52,706 nt of DNA, from assembly GCA_001938485.1 (NCBI GenBank), contig MQRK01253288.1, positions 31,987-84,692 of the forward strand, read 5' to 3'. This document shows, one piece after another, positions 1-11,578 of the stretch. The first letter of the stretch is position 1. Each line of letters opens with the position of its first letter. Made by a program: the position numbers and the translations under genes. The DNA is from Girardia tigrina (lineage: Eukaryota). The notes beneath the pieces are model-generated. The model saw nothing but the letters and a program-made list of their open reading frames with translations. It was not told the DNA's origin and made no database searches.

Positions 1-39
<39 letters not shown>
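1..39. repeat. (AT)n microsatellite
   Basis: Seen directly. Similar runs occur at about 25350-25400 (next to a gap) and 38004-38032. Confidence 0.95.
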
Positions 40-40
<1 letters not shown>

Positions 41-780
41 CAACAAAAAAACGAATAAAAATATCGCATAGTCATTTTGAATTGAGGGTAAATTGTTCAT
101 ATTTGAGACTTCGAGAAAAGAGAGATAGAGAATTCAATTCTTATAATAATAATAACCAAACAATGATATAAATTATGATAACAATTTTGAACTCTGAACA
201 CCCATGTCTTTTGTAATTATGATATTATTTTACAGCATAAATTTCTAAATTCTCAAATATAAATATCTATTAGATATTTTTGCAGAAATTACGATCAGTG
301 CTCTTCCCGTATCTAAGAAGTATTAAATTAAATATTTTCCAATCTTAATAGTCATGCTCGGTCTTCCCTGTAATTTTTCCTACACTATATATGATGTACC
401 CAATTTGTCTATTGTCATAATCTTCTGGTTCTCCGTCATTTCTTCTTCTACTTCGAATTTCCGACGAATCTGAAAAAAATTTGTTTTCACTACCTGATCA
501 TTATAAATAGCATCACCCATTATTGAACTTCCACTGCATTGTTTATCTTTACTATAAATCTTTATCTTTATCTTTACTATTCATCTCATAAAAGTTATCA
601 TAATTATCAACATTATCACAATCATTCGAATTATCAAAAATATTAAAATCAATAAAGTTATTAAAATCACAATGTACTAAAACTACTATTATTTTTATTT
701 ACATCTTTTGATATTATGCTTTTATTATAACAATTATAAAAAATACTTTTAACTACTGGGTTTACAAACTGACTTACTTA

Positions 781-1835
781 TTACATCCTCAAAATCCACT
801 CCTCCACGCTTTGGCTGTTTTCATTTTTTTCGTGTCGGCTTCCATTATCACTTTCCATCAATGCGATTTGTCGGCTTCGTCTCATCCCTGTTGTATATCC
901 ATCTGAGTAGAATTCTCTCCTGTTCGCGTCAACTGGCTTTGTCCATCAACTGTTATATCCACTTCGCATTCGTATATCTTTATTTTGTCGTCCATTTTGT
1001 CTGATTGGCTGTCTTATCCGGGAATAACATTCTTCTGCTTTATGTCCTGCGTGATGGCATCTTCCACATTTTAGATTCGGTCAATTTCTTGGTACATATC
1101 CCTCTTTTCAACACCCATGACATACTTTCCGTTGTTTCCTACATTGAAAACTCAAATGATCCATTTCATCGCAATTCCAGCATTTTTTGATCCTTTCAAA
1201 ATAAATTTTCTTCTATCTGATTGACGTTCCTTGACAGCAGTTGCATAGGATTGTTTCACCGCACAGATTTCTTGAATGCCAACTCTGACGTCGTCTACTT
1301 TTTTTAAAAATTTTCATCATATCTTCCGTTTCTGTCGCATGTCTTTGCTTGATCTCTCTTTGAGCTTCCTTTTCATTTGTACAATACGTTAAAAACATTT
1401 TTCTATCTCATCTTCTGACCACGTATATTTGGCTAAATTTTTCGCGATTTTCTAAATATTAGCAAAATATTTCTTGGATGATACATTTGTTCTTCTGTAC
1501 TCCAGTGCTTCATTTAATTTTTTTATCCTCGACGTCTTGTTTTTAAATGCTTCCCTCAAGCAATTTTCACAACCTTTTATTTTTACATCAACATTTTTAT
1601 ATGCTGCTAATAATTCTGGTGTTAAGAACACTGTAATCAACACATTACGGCAGCTGTTTTGGATTTTCCCGACCTTAAAATATCTTGTGCACGCCAATAT
1701 AAAAATCTCGATATCTTCATTCCTTTTATACCGATCTGGTAACAATCGTGCCATCAATGCTACGTCATTTTTTATTTGCAACGGTTCCGCATCATCTGTT
1801 GTGGTCGCCATGTTAGGTTCTTCCATCATCAACAA
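781..1835 (-). mobile_element. Decayed LTR-retrotransposon gag with several CCHC zinc knuckles
   Basis: Gag-like N-terminus (LLPDRYKRNEDIEIFI...). Intact CX2CX4HX4C knuckles CWNCDEMDHLSFQC (1182-1141) and CGRCHHAGHKAEEC (1068-1027), plus two degenerate ones. Contains stops and frameshifts; no pol follows. Confidence 0.75.
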
Positions 1836-4800
1836 TTGAAATCCTTTTGAAAAATATATTTTTTATAACTACACGGTTAACAATCGATTTCCAATTTGTG
1901 AATATTTAAACAACATTTTTTCATAATTACAATTGTTCATTATTAATACATAAAATAAAAGTCTATAAATTCATAAATATTTTCTTGTGAGAATATCAGT
2001 TTGTAAACCTATATACTATTATAAATACTAATAATTTACTATAATATAATTTTAAAATACCTAAAACATTATATTAACTTCAATTTAATACTCTTAAATT
2101 TAATCTCGAATAATTTAACATTTAACATTAAATTCAATTATTACTCTTCAATTTATAAATTAAATTTAAATTTTCCTAATCATTCTTATCCTGATAATTA
2201 ATAATTCTGACTTCAAAAATTTTCACTTCTTTAAAATCGGCCTCCCAATACGGAGGCGGAAACGATCACCCAATCTAGTGGTGCTGGGGAAGACTCCGGT
2301 AAAAATCATGGCACGGCTCACCAGCCGTGCGAATGTATATATGATTGAACGGGTACTTTTGCACAAAGAAAAAAAAATAACTACATCAATAAACATTATT
2401 TTTTCTGCATGATACTACTCTCATTCATATTTTCTTTGGAAATAGATGAAATTATGAAAAATTGTTTTGTAAAGATCCAAACAACTTCGATACAGTTTGG
2501 ATTTATCACTCAAGGATTTCTTTTTGTTTTTTCACATTGGTAGGCTTGTGAAAGACAGTTCATTTTTAATACACTTTTATTGTAAACAGCAAGGATAGTT
2601 TTTTTAGGAACATGCTTTAAAATGTTTGAAAAGCTTTCTCTAAAGTAATATTCTGATAGAAGACATATGTTTATATAATAATAATACTTTAAAAATTGAT
2701 ATTGTTTAGTGACGAAAGATTTCACTACTGTCTATCTCCTAAACGTCTTCATGCAAATAATAATATAACCAAAGTGAAAAACATCAGGGCTTTATTGCAA
2801 ACTTATTCAACTTTTAAGATTAATTGTTTTGCTTTAAATACAGTTAGTATCTACATTATAGTTATAGAAAAGAAATTAGAAGAAAAGTATTTTTGATTAG
2901 ATAATAAATTAAATAATGTCAAATAAATAATATTGTTTTAGTCGCCACATTAAAAATAGATTGAAAGCCGAGTTAGGGAAATAATACTTTATTAAAGGAT
3001 TCGAAATAGAATTTGAGATGATGACAAAAACCTTTCAAAAATATTAATTTTCTTTTCAGTTATTTTTTTTCAAACAATAAATATTGATAAAGGAAAGGAT
3101 ATTCGCGCTCTAATCGTATATTTTTATGAAATAAAGTAAAAAATATACAAGAAAAATACGTCGATACAAAATTAGTCTTTTTTTCTAAAATTCTAGAATT
3201 ATTTTTAATGTATTTCCTATGGAAAAATTGATACGGAAAGTACTAAAATACTACATTAAAAATTTCTAAATTTTTAATTTATAAAAATAATTAAAATCAT
3301 TGGATTACTTTTTTTGGATCTTAATCTTTCTGATCTAAATTGATAAAAATGAATTATGGGAAAATTATTGAAATATCTAAATTATAGGAAAATTATGTTT
3401 ATTAGACGTTTTCTTTGAAATTTTATAAAATTAGATGCCTAAATAACAAATAAATAATAATGAGTACATAATAAATAATAATAAGTTCATTAATAATGGT
3501 ATCATTTTCAAGATCTGTTTATACTGGTACTGATATCATTTCATGTTTTTATCCATTGTAAAAATGTGAACTCATAAAATCACACTTGTACTTGTTATTT
3601 TTGTCTGAGAAAGGATTAAAACTCAAAGAAGCTTTCAGAAAATGTTACAGAATATGACGGCCACATTTTTTATATTCATAAAGGTTAACAATGGTTTTTA
3701 AAAATATTAAAAAAGCGATAGTATTAAGCATTAGACAAATCATAAAATATTTTTATTTTAAGTAAAGTCACAAATATTATTTTTTTGAACAATTGAACCA
3801 ATTAATCAAAATGTGTCTATTTAAAAAAAACATTTTTCATTTTTTTTAATAAATATTAATAAGGGAAACACTTTAGTTAATTAAAGTTAATGACAAGTTA
3901 TTATAGAAACATTCTTCTCATCACTTTAATTAAAAATTAATTTACTACAAAATTCAATTTAAACAAAACATTTTTTTAATTTTTTTGTTAATAAAAATTT
4001 ATTATTAAAAAATATTCAAATTTATATTATTTATTTATTATTGTTATTTGATTATAATTTATCTATGAACTAATTAAATAAATTTTAAAATTTATGAAGA
4101 ATCGTTACGTTTCACTCGTAACATTTATTATTTTTACTTATTTTATTTTTTTTCTCATTTTTTATTTTAAAAAAATTCTTTATATATATATATATATTAT
4201 TGCGGAAAATGATAAAATAGAATTGACTGAAAATTGACCGACATTAAAAAATAAATTAAATTAATGAGATTATTACAAAAAATTTATTAAATACTGTAGG
4301 TTTGGAGAAAACATGTGTGTGCAAAATTTGTTTAGTAGTCGTTTTTGTGAATTTGATTAGTTATCCCATCAAAATAAAACGAAAAGATGTGTACGTGGAC
4401 TAATTGTTTTTTTTAACAATTTAAAAATACAAGGGATCGACACCGTGCTACTCCACTAGCTCCGGACACTTTAACTCATATTTCTCAGGATACCACTTGA
4501 GGTATGTCCAACTGGCTAACGCACTGATCTGTATAATTCAGTTTGATATTTCCCTTTTATCATAGTCAAGAAAAGGAAGTTTGTTATTTACTTCCGATTC
4601 TGTAGTGAATTTAATATTGGGATGAAGACTATTCATGAATTTTAGGAATGGTTCTATAAGTTATTGGTTTAAGAAAAGAAATATATCATCTGCATATTTA
4701 TGGTTTTTCTGGTTTTTTAATAATTTAATTAATAATTTAATAATAATTTAATAATTTTTTAATAATTTATGGTTTTACAGTACATGTTTTTTCAGGTTAT

Positions 4801-5760
4801 GTATCGATTTTTACTTCAAAAGATTTCATAAAAATTAATACAAAAGTTTGTGCTAATGGGAAACCCATTGTAATTCCATCTTTCTGAATTTAACATTCAT
4901 CGTCGAAAAGAAATGGTACAGTTTTACAGAAAATTTAGGAAGTTCTTTTATTGTATTTTTGTTCCTTACTTTTTTCATGGAGAATTATCACTGATCTGAA
5001 TTATCATTCCATATTTTTTAAATATGTCAATAGTTGTGATAGTCTGGTAGTTTATACCAAAAATTTGCAATATTGAAAATATATTGTTTTTGCCACAATT
5101 CTCTTCTTGTCATCATCAGAAATTGTTGGTGTTTTTATATTTCGTCCGCTATCGTTTTCGCACTCTTGAAATTGGAATTAAACTGGAATCATTTTTTGAA
5201 TTTTATTAGTATTTTCCATTTGGAGATTTATGATTTCAATTTTTAGGATATTGTTTTTAAAAAAATTTAATATTTATCAAAAATTCATATAGATATAGAT
5301 AAAATACTTTTTTATTCAATGTTAAACATATTTGCCTCAAAAACATTATTTACATTTTTTAAATGATTTTCGTGGCCGGTTTGTGTCGAATCAGTTGTTT
5401 TATCTGTTTTATTTCGAACAGCGCTGTTTAAACTTTTATCAAGCGGCCTTTTTCATTTTTTATTTATTTAAAATTTACTTGTAAACATCCCGAAATAGTA
5501 TATAATACACTTATGAATAATATTTTTACTAAACTTTAAAACATTTTGTTCAATTAAAATAAATTAGTTTTTATAGTATATATTTTCTAAATCATTGTTT
5601 ATTTTTTCCGGATATTATATATAAAATGAAATTTATTTACATTAGATTTACTCTGAATGTTTTATTTCGATCTATTGTTTATTAGTAAATAAATAAAAAC
5701 ATTCATTTTAAATTTGACTTCTATTTTGTTCTATTTTTCCATTCTTTTATTAACTTACTT

Positions 5761-5797
<37 letters not shown>

Positions 5798-5868
5798 ATA
5801 TATATATATATATATATANNNNNNNNNNNNNNNNNNNNNNNNNNNNNNNNNNNNNNNNNNNNNNNNNN

Positions 5869-5903
<35 letters not shown>

Positions 5904-6095
5904 TTATATATATATCCATGGAATTTAGAAACCTATTTATGAAGGCCTTCTACTCAATCGATTTTCTTCAAACTTTGCACACTTACTCATTCTCGATGAC
6001 AATAAATGATTATGCAAAAATTTATTGCAAAAAAAAGATCCCAAAATGGGGAAAAAACGGAAAATTCGGAGTTCCGGAATTGCAAGATATCTATT
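5761..6095. repeat. (TCTA)n/(TA)n microsatellite with an adjacent Helitron/DINE-like repeat fragment; gap at 5819-5868
   Basis: The microsatellite is seen directly. The adjacent 'atcgattttcttcaaactttgcacac' resembles non-autonomous rolling-circle elements (inference). Confidence 0.45.
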
Positions 6096-6725
6096 TATAA
6101 ATTATAAGTAGTTTATATTAATTTTTAATGTGATTTTTAAATTAAAATTTTTTAAATCTTAAATTTTTACATTTTTAAAAACTTTGTTTGCAAAGTAGAG
6201 TTTTGACTGCATAAAGAATGGATATAAAAATTTTAATTTTGTGATTTACTAGTTAAAATTTAAGTTATTATTATTATTATTTGTTCCAGGTTGCTCTGTA
6301 GACTAACCAATGGTAGCAGAGTCATGACGCATTTGCTGTTGCTGTTCGTGTTAGGCTAACATTTCTAATTTATAGTTCATTTTAAAATCGTTAACTATAT
6401 TCAACTTTAAAATTACAGTCAAAAACAAAATCGTATAATTTTTTCACAAAAATATGCATACCTTTTTAATTACAAAATTGTGTAACAAAATAATCAAAGA
6501 ATCGTCTTTTAATCTTTAATTTTTTGATATCAAGCGGGGAAATATGAAATTTTCACTGGCTATTTATTTTCCAACTACCGGATCGGTTTGATAATATTGT
6601 AAAAATCATATATAGTTTTTACTTTTTCATTTATGAATTGCTTTTGTCTACGCTTGTTGAATTATTTTCTTCTGATACTCTTTAGCTAATAATCTCTTAA
6701 TATTGTTTTGTATTTTTCCTTTTAA

Positions 6726-9123
6726 CCCTTGAACGTTCACTTCAAGAACTGCTCACTAATAGTCACCTGGGTTCTGTACAGACCTCATATATAATATACA
6801 TACAGAGTGCTTTTTATATTCTGTTATTAAACGAAATAAACTTATATAGAAATAATATGGAAATGTATATTTCTTCTGAATTGTATGTTTGATTGTGAAT
6901 ATCTATATTAGTTGTATAAATGAACTTTGGTATAAAAGTTCTCTGGGGTTACCATCTTCTTTACAGTTTCTGTCTTTTTGCTTACATTCTGATATAATCA
7001 GATGTCACTCTTGTAATTTCTTCTCAAATTTTTATGTTACACTGTTGGAATTTGATACAGTTTAAAAAATAGAAGAAATATAAAAGTAAACTTTATAGAT
7101 GCAGGAATAGTCGAATACTTTTCAAACAGATTTGTAAGTGAATATAGCCGATTTTTTTACCGTGATTTTATGGGGCTCTAATCATCACCTTAAACTAGTG
7201 ACCAGTTTAATTTGCTTACTATATGAAGTTTTTATTTTGTGTTCTGATATTACAATACTACCTCATCGATCACAGAAAGCTGCTGCTACCAATGCTACCA
7301 GGGTGTTAATGTGCATTACATATGATTGTAGCGAGTCAGAAAGTGAATCAAATTTATCTAACGTGGACTATGATGAACCAAAAGCCAGTCGGCAGAGCAA
7401 TTGGAGTGCTGATGATTTTAAAAGTGAATTTGATCAAGGGGTCGCTGTTGGTACAATGACGTTCATCTTGCATAAAATGGAGAAGAGTCTTCTCGATCAC
7501 CAAACGTATGTCGACAAACGTCAGCAGTAAACATATTGAATTATACTTTCGGGCTAACAATGGAAGCAAAGCGGTTAGTGACAAGCATTCCAGACTCATT
7601 CCAGCTATTCTTCACCAAAGATATGGTTACAACAATAGCTACTAGTACAAACATAGAAGAAAGTACTTGGGGTTCAAAATGGAAGCCTACAGATGAAGTA
7701 GAGATTTGAACGTATATTTGGCTTTTCTTACTAGCGGTTGTTTATATATCAAGTCACTAAGTCATTCATTCGTTGTGGGATCCAGAGTTTTGCCTAAAAA
7801 TCTTTCTTGATTCCATGAGTAAGAGACGATTCAGTCTGATTACAAGAATGCTGCACTTTGCTGACAAAACAACGAGGAATGGACGAAGAGAAAAGTACAA
7901 ATTTACAGCTATTCGAGACTTCTCTCTCTTCGAAAAGCAGTTGAGCAAGTTCTTTCTGGCTGTTGATAGTGTCAATTGATTGACTTAAGAGGTCTATGCT
8001 GTTTTCGGCAGTATATGCCGCAAAAGCCAAGTCGTTATGGAAATTAGGTTGATGTACGATAGTCGAACAAGTTTTTTCCTGTGAATAAAGCCATATTTTG
8101 GAAACGAGGGAAACGATCGATCAGTTAAAATGCAAGTGACACCAGCAGTTGTAAACCATCTTGTACGGCCAATTGAGAACACATGAAGAAACTTAACAAT
8201 AGATTATTTCTACACATCCCTTGAGTTTCTTCGAGATCTGCAGCGGAAGAAATTGAGTCTTTTTGGAACTGTTCGTAAAACACGGAAAGACCTGCCTCCT
8301 ACATCCCTTGACATGAAGGACAGAACTGTTGGTAGTAGTGAATTCGTCTACAAAAAAGAATGTGTACTCGTGTCTCATTGTCACAAGCCCAAGAAATCGG
8401 TCGTTCTCATGTCCTTCAAAAATTTAGGTATCCGTTTACAATTTTGATTACTTTTTAACAAAAGGTTAATATGAGTTACTGTCATTTTAGGATCAGGTGT
8501 TATTGCTCCCTCCGGGAAACGTGAAATAATTCCACGCGAATTCAACCAAAGGTGTCGACACAGTCAATCCGTTAGTTTCCACTTATTCGTTGAAATTACT
8601 GACATGAACTGGGGTTGCAATTGGTTTGCATGAATAATGCCAACCAACTACTATGATTCCAACTGTCTGTTCCAGTGTTGTTTCAACCCTCAAAAGGAGA
8701 ATGTAAAAAGCAAGGCAGGTGTGTTACTTGTCCACGAAATCTAGACAGAAAATGTGCCACAAGATGTCGCTATTCCTCATTCATATTTCAGCAACATTTA
8801 TACTGCTCAAATTACCATTGTGATTGACGATAAACACTTCTGTTGTTTGTTAATGATTCAAGAAATTTGCATTTACTGTTTTTCGTCGGTTATTGTGTGT
8901 GGGGTTTGTACAGACCCCAGGTGACATTAAGTTTGCATTTTGTCTTCCATGAGCAATATTATAGAAATGAAGTTTGACAATTGACATCATTTTGAAGCTT
9001 TGAAAAGTTCTTTGTGTGACATTAAATGTCAGAGAAAAGTAACTGTTAAAAAATTGGAAGGTAGTACAAATTAGACTGCAACTTCAGCTGGGGTCTGTAC
9101 AGACCCCAGTGAATGTTCTAGGA
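6726..9123 (+). mobile_element. Full-length decayed piggyBac transposon (about 2.4 kb)
   Basis: TTAA TSDs at 6722-6725 and 9124-9127. TIRs CCCTTGAACGTTCACT and AGTGAATGTTCTAGGA (13/16 match). Transposase fragments MSKRRFSLITRMLHF, FRQYMPQKPSRYG, LTIDYFYT, GTVRKTRK and NSTKG-VD, with a C-terminal Cys-rich GRCVTCPR. Many stops and frameshifts. Confidence 0.93.
8428..8490 (+). other. Putative 63-nt intron in the piggyBac transposase, with U12-like donor
   Basis: GTATCCGTTT...CTTTTTAAC...ttttag, with an in-frame stop inside. Removal gives VVLMSFKNLG-SGVIAPSGKREII, restoring the usual spacing of the piggyBac LLS...GKPEII motifs. Confidence 0.65.
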
Positions 9124-9660
9124 TTAATATACAGAGGGAAAAATATCCATGCACCCCTGATTTTGTGCTTCTTTGTTCTTAAAGGATCAAAATCTTTTTT
9201 GATCGATAACAATATCAGATTGATCGATTAGGTTTCTCTATCGTCTGATCTTAATTTAATAGAAACTCGTGAGTGAAATCAGAAAAGAATATTTTTAAAA
9301 AAATCGTCCGAAAAAATTAACAAATAAACGTTTCTATTGTCTACTGTGTAAAATATCCTTTAGCAGAAGATTATGTCATTTTATTTTCTTTTCAAAATGA
9401 AGCAGTTTTTATAAGAAAAAATGTTATATTTTTTAGAGAGCATGAATAATATTTGATAAATTATTTCGACTTTATTTTGCTTTTATTAATATAGAAATTT
9501 ACTAAAAATCATACTAAAAGAAATAATAATCACATAATAATAAAATAATAACATAAATAATATTGATATAAATAAAATAGATAATGTGAAATTTGGTTTT
9601 ATATTTAAAATAGTGGAAAATTAAAGTGATATTTATATGATTAATTTATTTGACTTTTAG

Positions 9661-9813
9661 ATGGTTTCTTTAGAGATTACTACACTACAAAAGATAGTTT
9701 ATATGGTCAACCTGGTAAAAAGGCATTTATTGATAAAGGACAAAGTCCAAGTGTTTCGGATATCTATTTATCTTTTACTATTTTGATAGGCATATTTTTT
9801 CCATCAGTCACAG
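9661..9813 (+). CDS. kcc: K-Cl cotransporter (KCC, SLC12A4-7 family), internal exon: end of extracellular loop and TM6
   Basis: Acceptor ttttag| at 9660 and donor |gtttag at 9814. Translates GFFRDYYT...[14 protein letters not shown](G), the KCC TM6 signature FFPSVTG. Confidence 0.93.
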
Positions 9814-9857
9814 GTTTAGCAAAACTTATTGTCATATCAATTTGATAAAATATTTAG

Positions 9858-9956
9858 GTATTATGGCTGGATCAAACAGATCTGGAGATTTAGCTAATCC
9901 ACAATTTTCAATTCCTCTTGGATCCATTGCAGCTTGTGCGACATCCTCATTTGTAT
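9858..9956 (+). CDS. kcc: KCC exon (TM6-TM7)
   Basis: Follows a 44-nt intron. [33 protein letters not shown](Y) contains the SLC12 [12 protein letters not shown] motif. Ends at the donor GTATCCTTTT. Confidence 0.95.
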
Positions 9957-10034
9957 GTATCCTTTTGATGAAAGATCGTTTTCAATTTAAGCAAATGTCT
10001 TATAATTATTTTCATTTAACAAAATTTTTATTAG
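9957..10034 (+). other. U12-type (minor spliceosome) GT-AG intron, 78 nt
   Basis: Donor GTATCCTTTT matches the U12 consensus RTATCCTT. Branch-like TTCATTTAAC (10011-10020) lies 14 nt before the end of the intron. Removal restores KCC FV-Y-LS. Confidence 0.88.
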
Positions 10035-10092
10035 ATTTATCAGCAGTTATATTTTTTTCCTCCACAATTGAACATAGTGTATTAAGAGACAA
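10035..10092 (+). CDS. kcc: KCC exon (end of TM7)
   Basis: ttag| ... |gtaagt. Translates (Y)[18 protein letters not shown](K), matching KCC ...IEGVVLRDK. Confidence 0.93.
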
Positions 10093-10420
10093 GTAAGTCA
10101 CATATAATATGTATTAATGATATAATTATTAATGCCAATTGTTGTCTACATGGTAAATCAGTTCTTGATCATAATATTTTTGTAACATGTTTCACCATTA
10201 AAGTATCGTCAGTTGTGAAAAGTTGTAAAAATTACTACTAATTTATATTTCATATTGACTATAACGCAAAATTTTAAAATACTTCATTATGATTGAACAA
10301 ATCACTTTTGACATTTATCATTGGCTTTAATTACTTTATTAATAGTAACTCAATGATTGTCGTCTCGTGATATATATCGAAAATTGTTTTCGAAACTTTT
10401 TTAAGCTATTCTAGTGCGAT

Positions 10421-10809
10421 CAGTGCCGTAACTACAGGGGGGCAAAAGGGGGCAATGCCCCCCCGCAAATTTTTCCATATATGACATCCTTTGTTTTCGT
10501 CATGAGCTTGAACAAACAAAGCGCATATATAAAAATACCTATTCTCTCTCGATTAATCAAAATGTCATTGGTTGCTAAACTCATTTCATTTTTACAGCCA
10601 TTTACACACCACTATCATACACCATTTACATGTCTTAACGTCCGTCACCAGCACGCAATAGGCCTTTCATTAGCTTAAAAAGGATTTTTTGAGCCGCTCA
10701 AAGATTTACCATAGGCAATAGAAAAAAAACGGAAAATTCGTGTAATTTTTCTTGCCCCTCTGCAAATACGGTTTGCCCACCCGTTCAGGGATTCCTAGTT
10801 ATGGCACTG
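10421..10809. mobile_element. hAT-type MITE (389 bp)
   Basis: 14-bp TIRs CAGTGCCGTAACTA and TAGTTATGGCACTG (1 mismatch). Perfect 8-bp TSD AGTGCGAT at 10413-10420 and 10810-10817. Subterminal GGGCAA motifs. Confidence 0.92.
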
Positions 10810-11535
10810 AGTGCGATGTTTTATTTTTTTAATAATAAATGGTACTCTTAAAATTATTTATAGCAATCGTATCTCCATTTGCACAAATATGGTCTTAAAT
10901 ATTTTTTCATAGTTTTGAAGGAAAATTTATTTACTTCCAAAAGTTTTCATCAGTTTTAGTATGAGATTAAAACCCGGTTGGTAAAATTTTTGAATTAGAA
11001 TTAAAGGTTGCTAGAAATTAAAGAGATTATTATTAAAGAATAAAAATTGATAAAGGAAATAAATATTCGGTTCCCGTTTGACATCAATAGAACTAATAAA
11101 AAAATTCTCAAAAAAACATTAAAAAAGACAGACGAAGTTATTTAAATAATATGTGAAGCTGGTAGATTTTCAACAGTAACTGTATTGTATTAAATGTATG
11201 GTGGTCACAAATACATTTTTCGGTTTTCTATGGAAAAACGAGTCTGCAAAGGAGTCCAAGAACACAATCAAAAAGGGGAAAAGAGTAGTATTGCTGAGCA
11301 TAAAAACGTGTAAATGTAATATGAGCATATATGATTTTAAGATTTTGTGCAAGCATTTTAAAAATTATTCGGAGAGAGTATCATATGAAGCATTGTTGAT
11401 AAGATCATGTGATCCAAAAATCAATGTTGAAACAGTACTCTTAACTCATTTGTTAAGAGTTTTCAATTAGACTTAAACAATTGATTACATAATCATTCAT
11501 TTCTTTAATAAAAGCAATAAAAAAGAACATAATCA

Positions 11536-11578
11536 GTGATCTGATGATGACGGTTAAACCGTCGAAATATATTATCAT
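11536..11578 (+). ncRNA. Minimal type I hammerhead ribozyme (Penelope-associated)
   Basis: GTGAT-CTGATGA-T-GACGGT(TAA)ACCGTC-GAAA-TATA-TT-ATCAT: core boxes CUGAUGA and GAAA, 6-bp stem II, palindromic AATATATT stem III region, and stem I GUGAU/AUCAU. Confidence 0.75.

Noticed and set aside
1801-1812. Minus-strand CA-TGGCGACCAC as an LTR end plus PBS
   Set aside because: It lies inside the gag frame (NMATT) and no matching LTR was found upstream.
4432-4532. tRNA/SINE-like boxes
   Set aside because: The A-box-like and B-box-like strings are on opposite strands and there is no cloverleaf.
6290-6360. Possible extra KCC exon after tttgttccag|
   Set aside because: No frame resembles KCC and there is no convincing donor.
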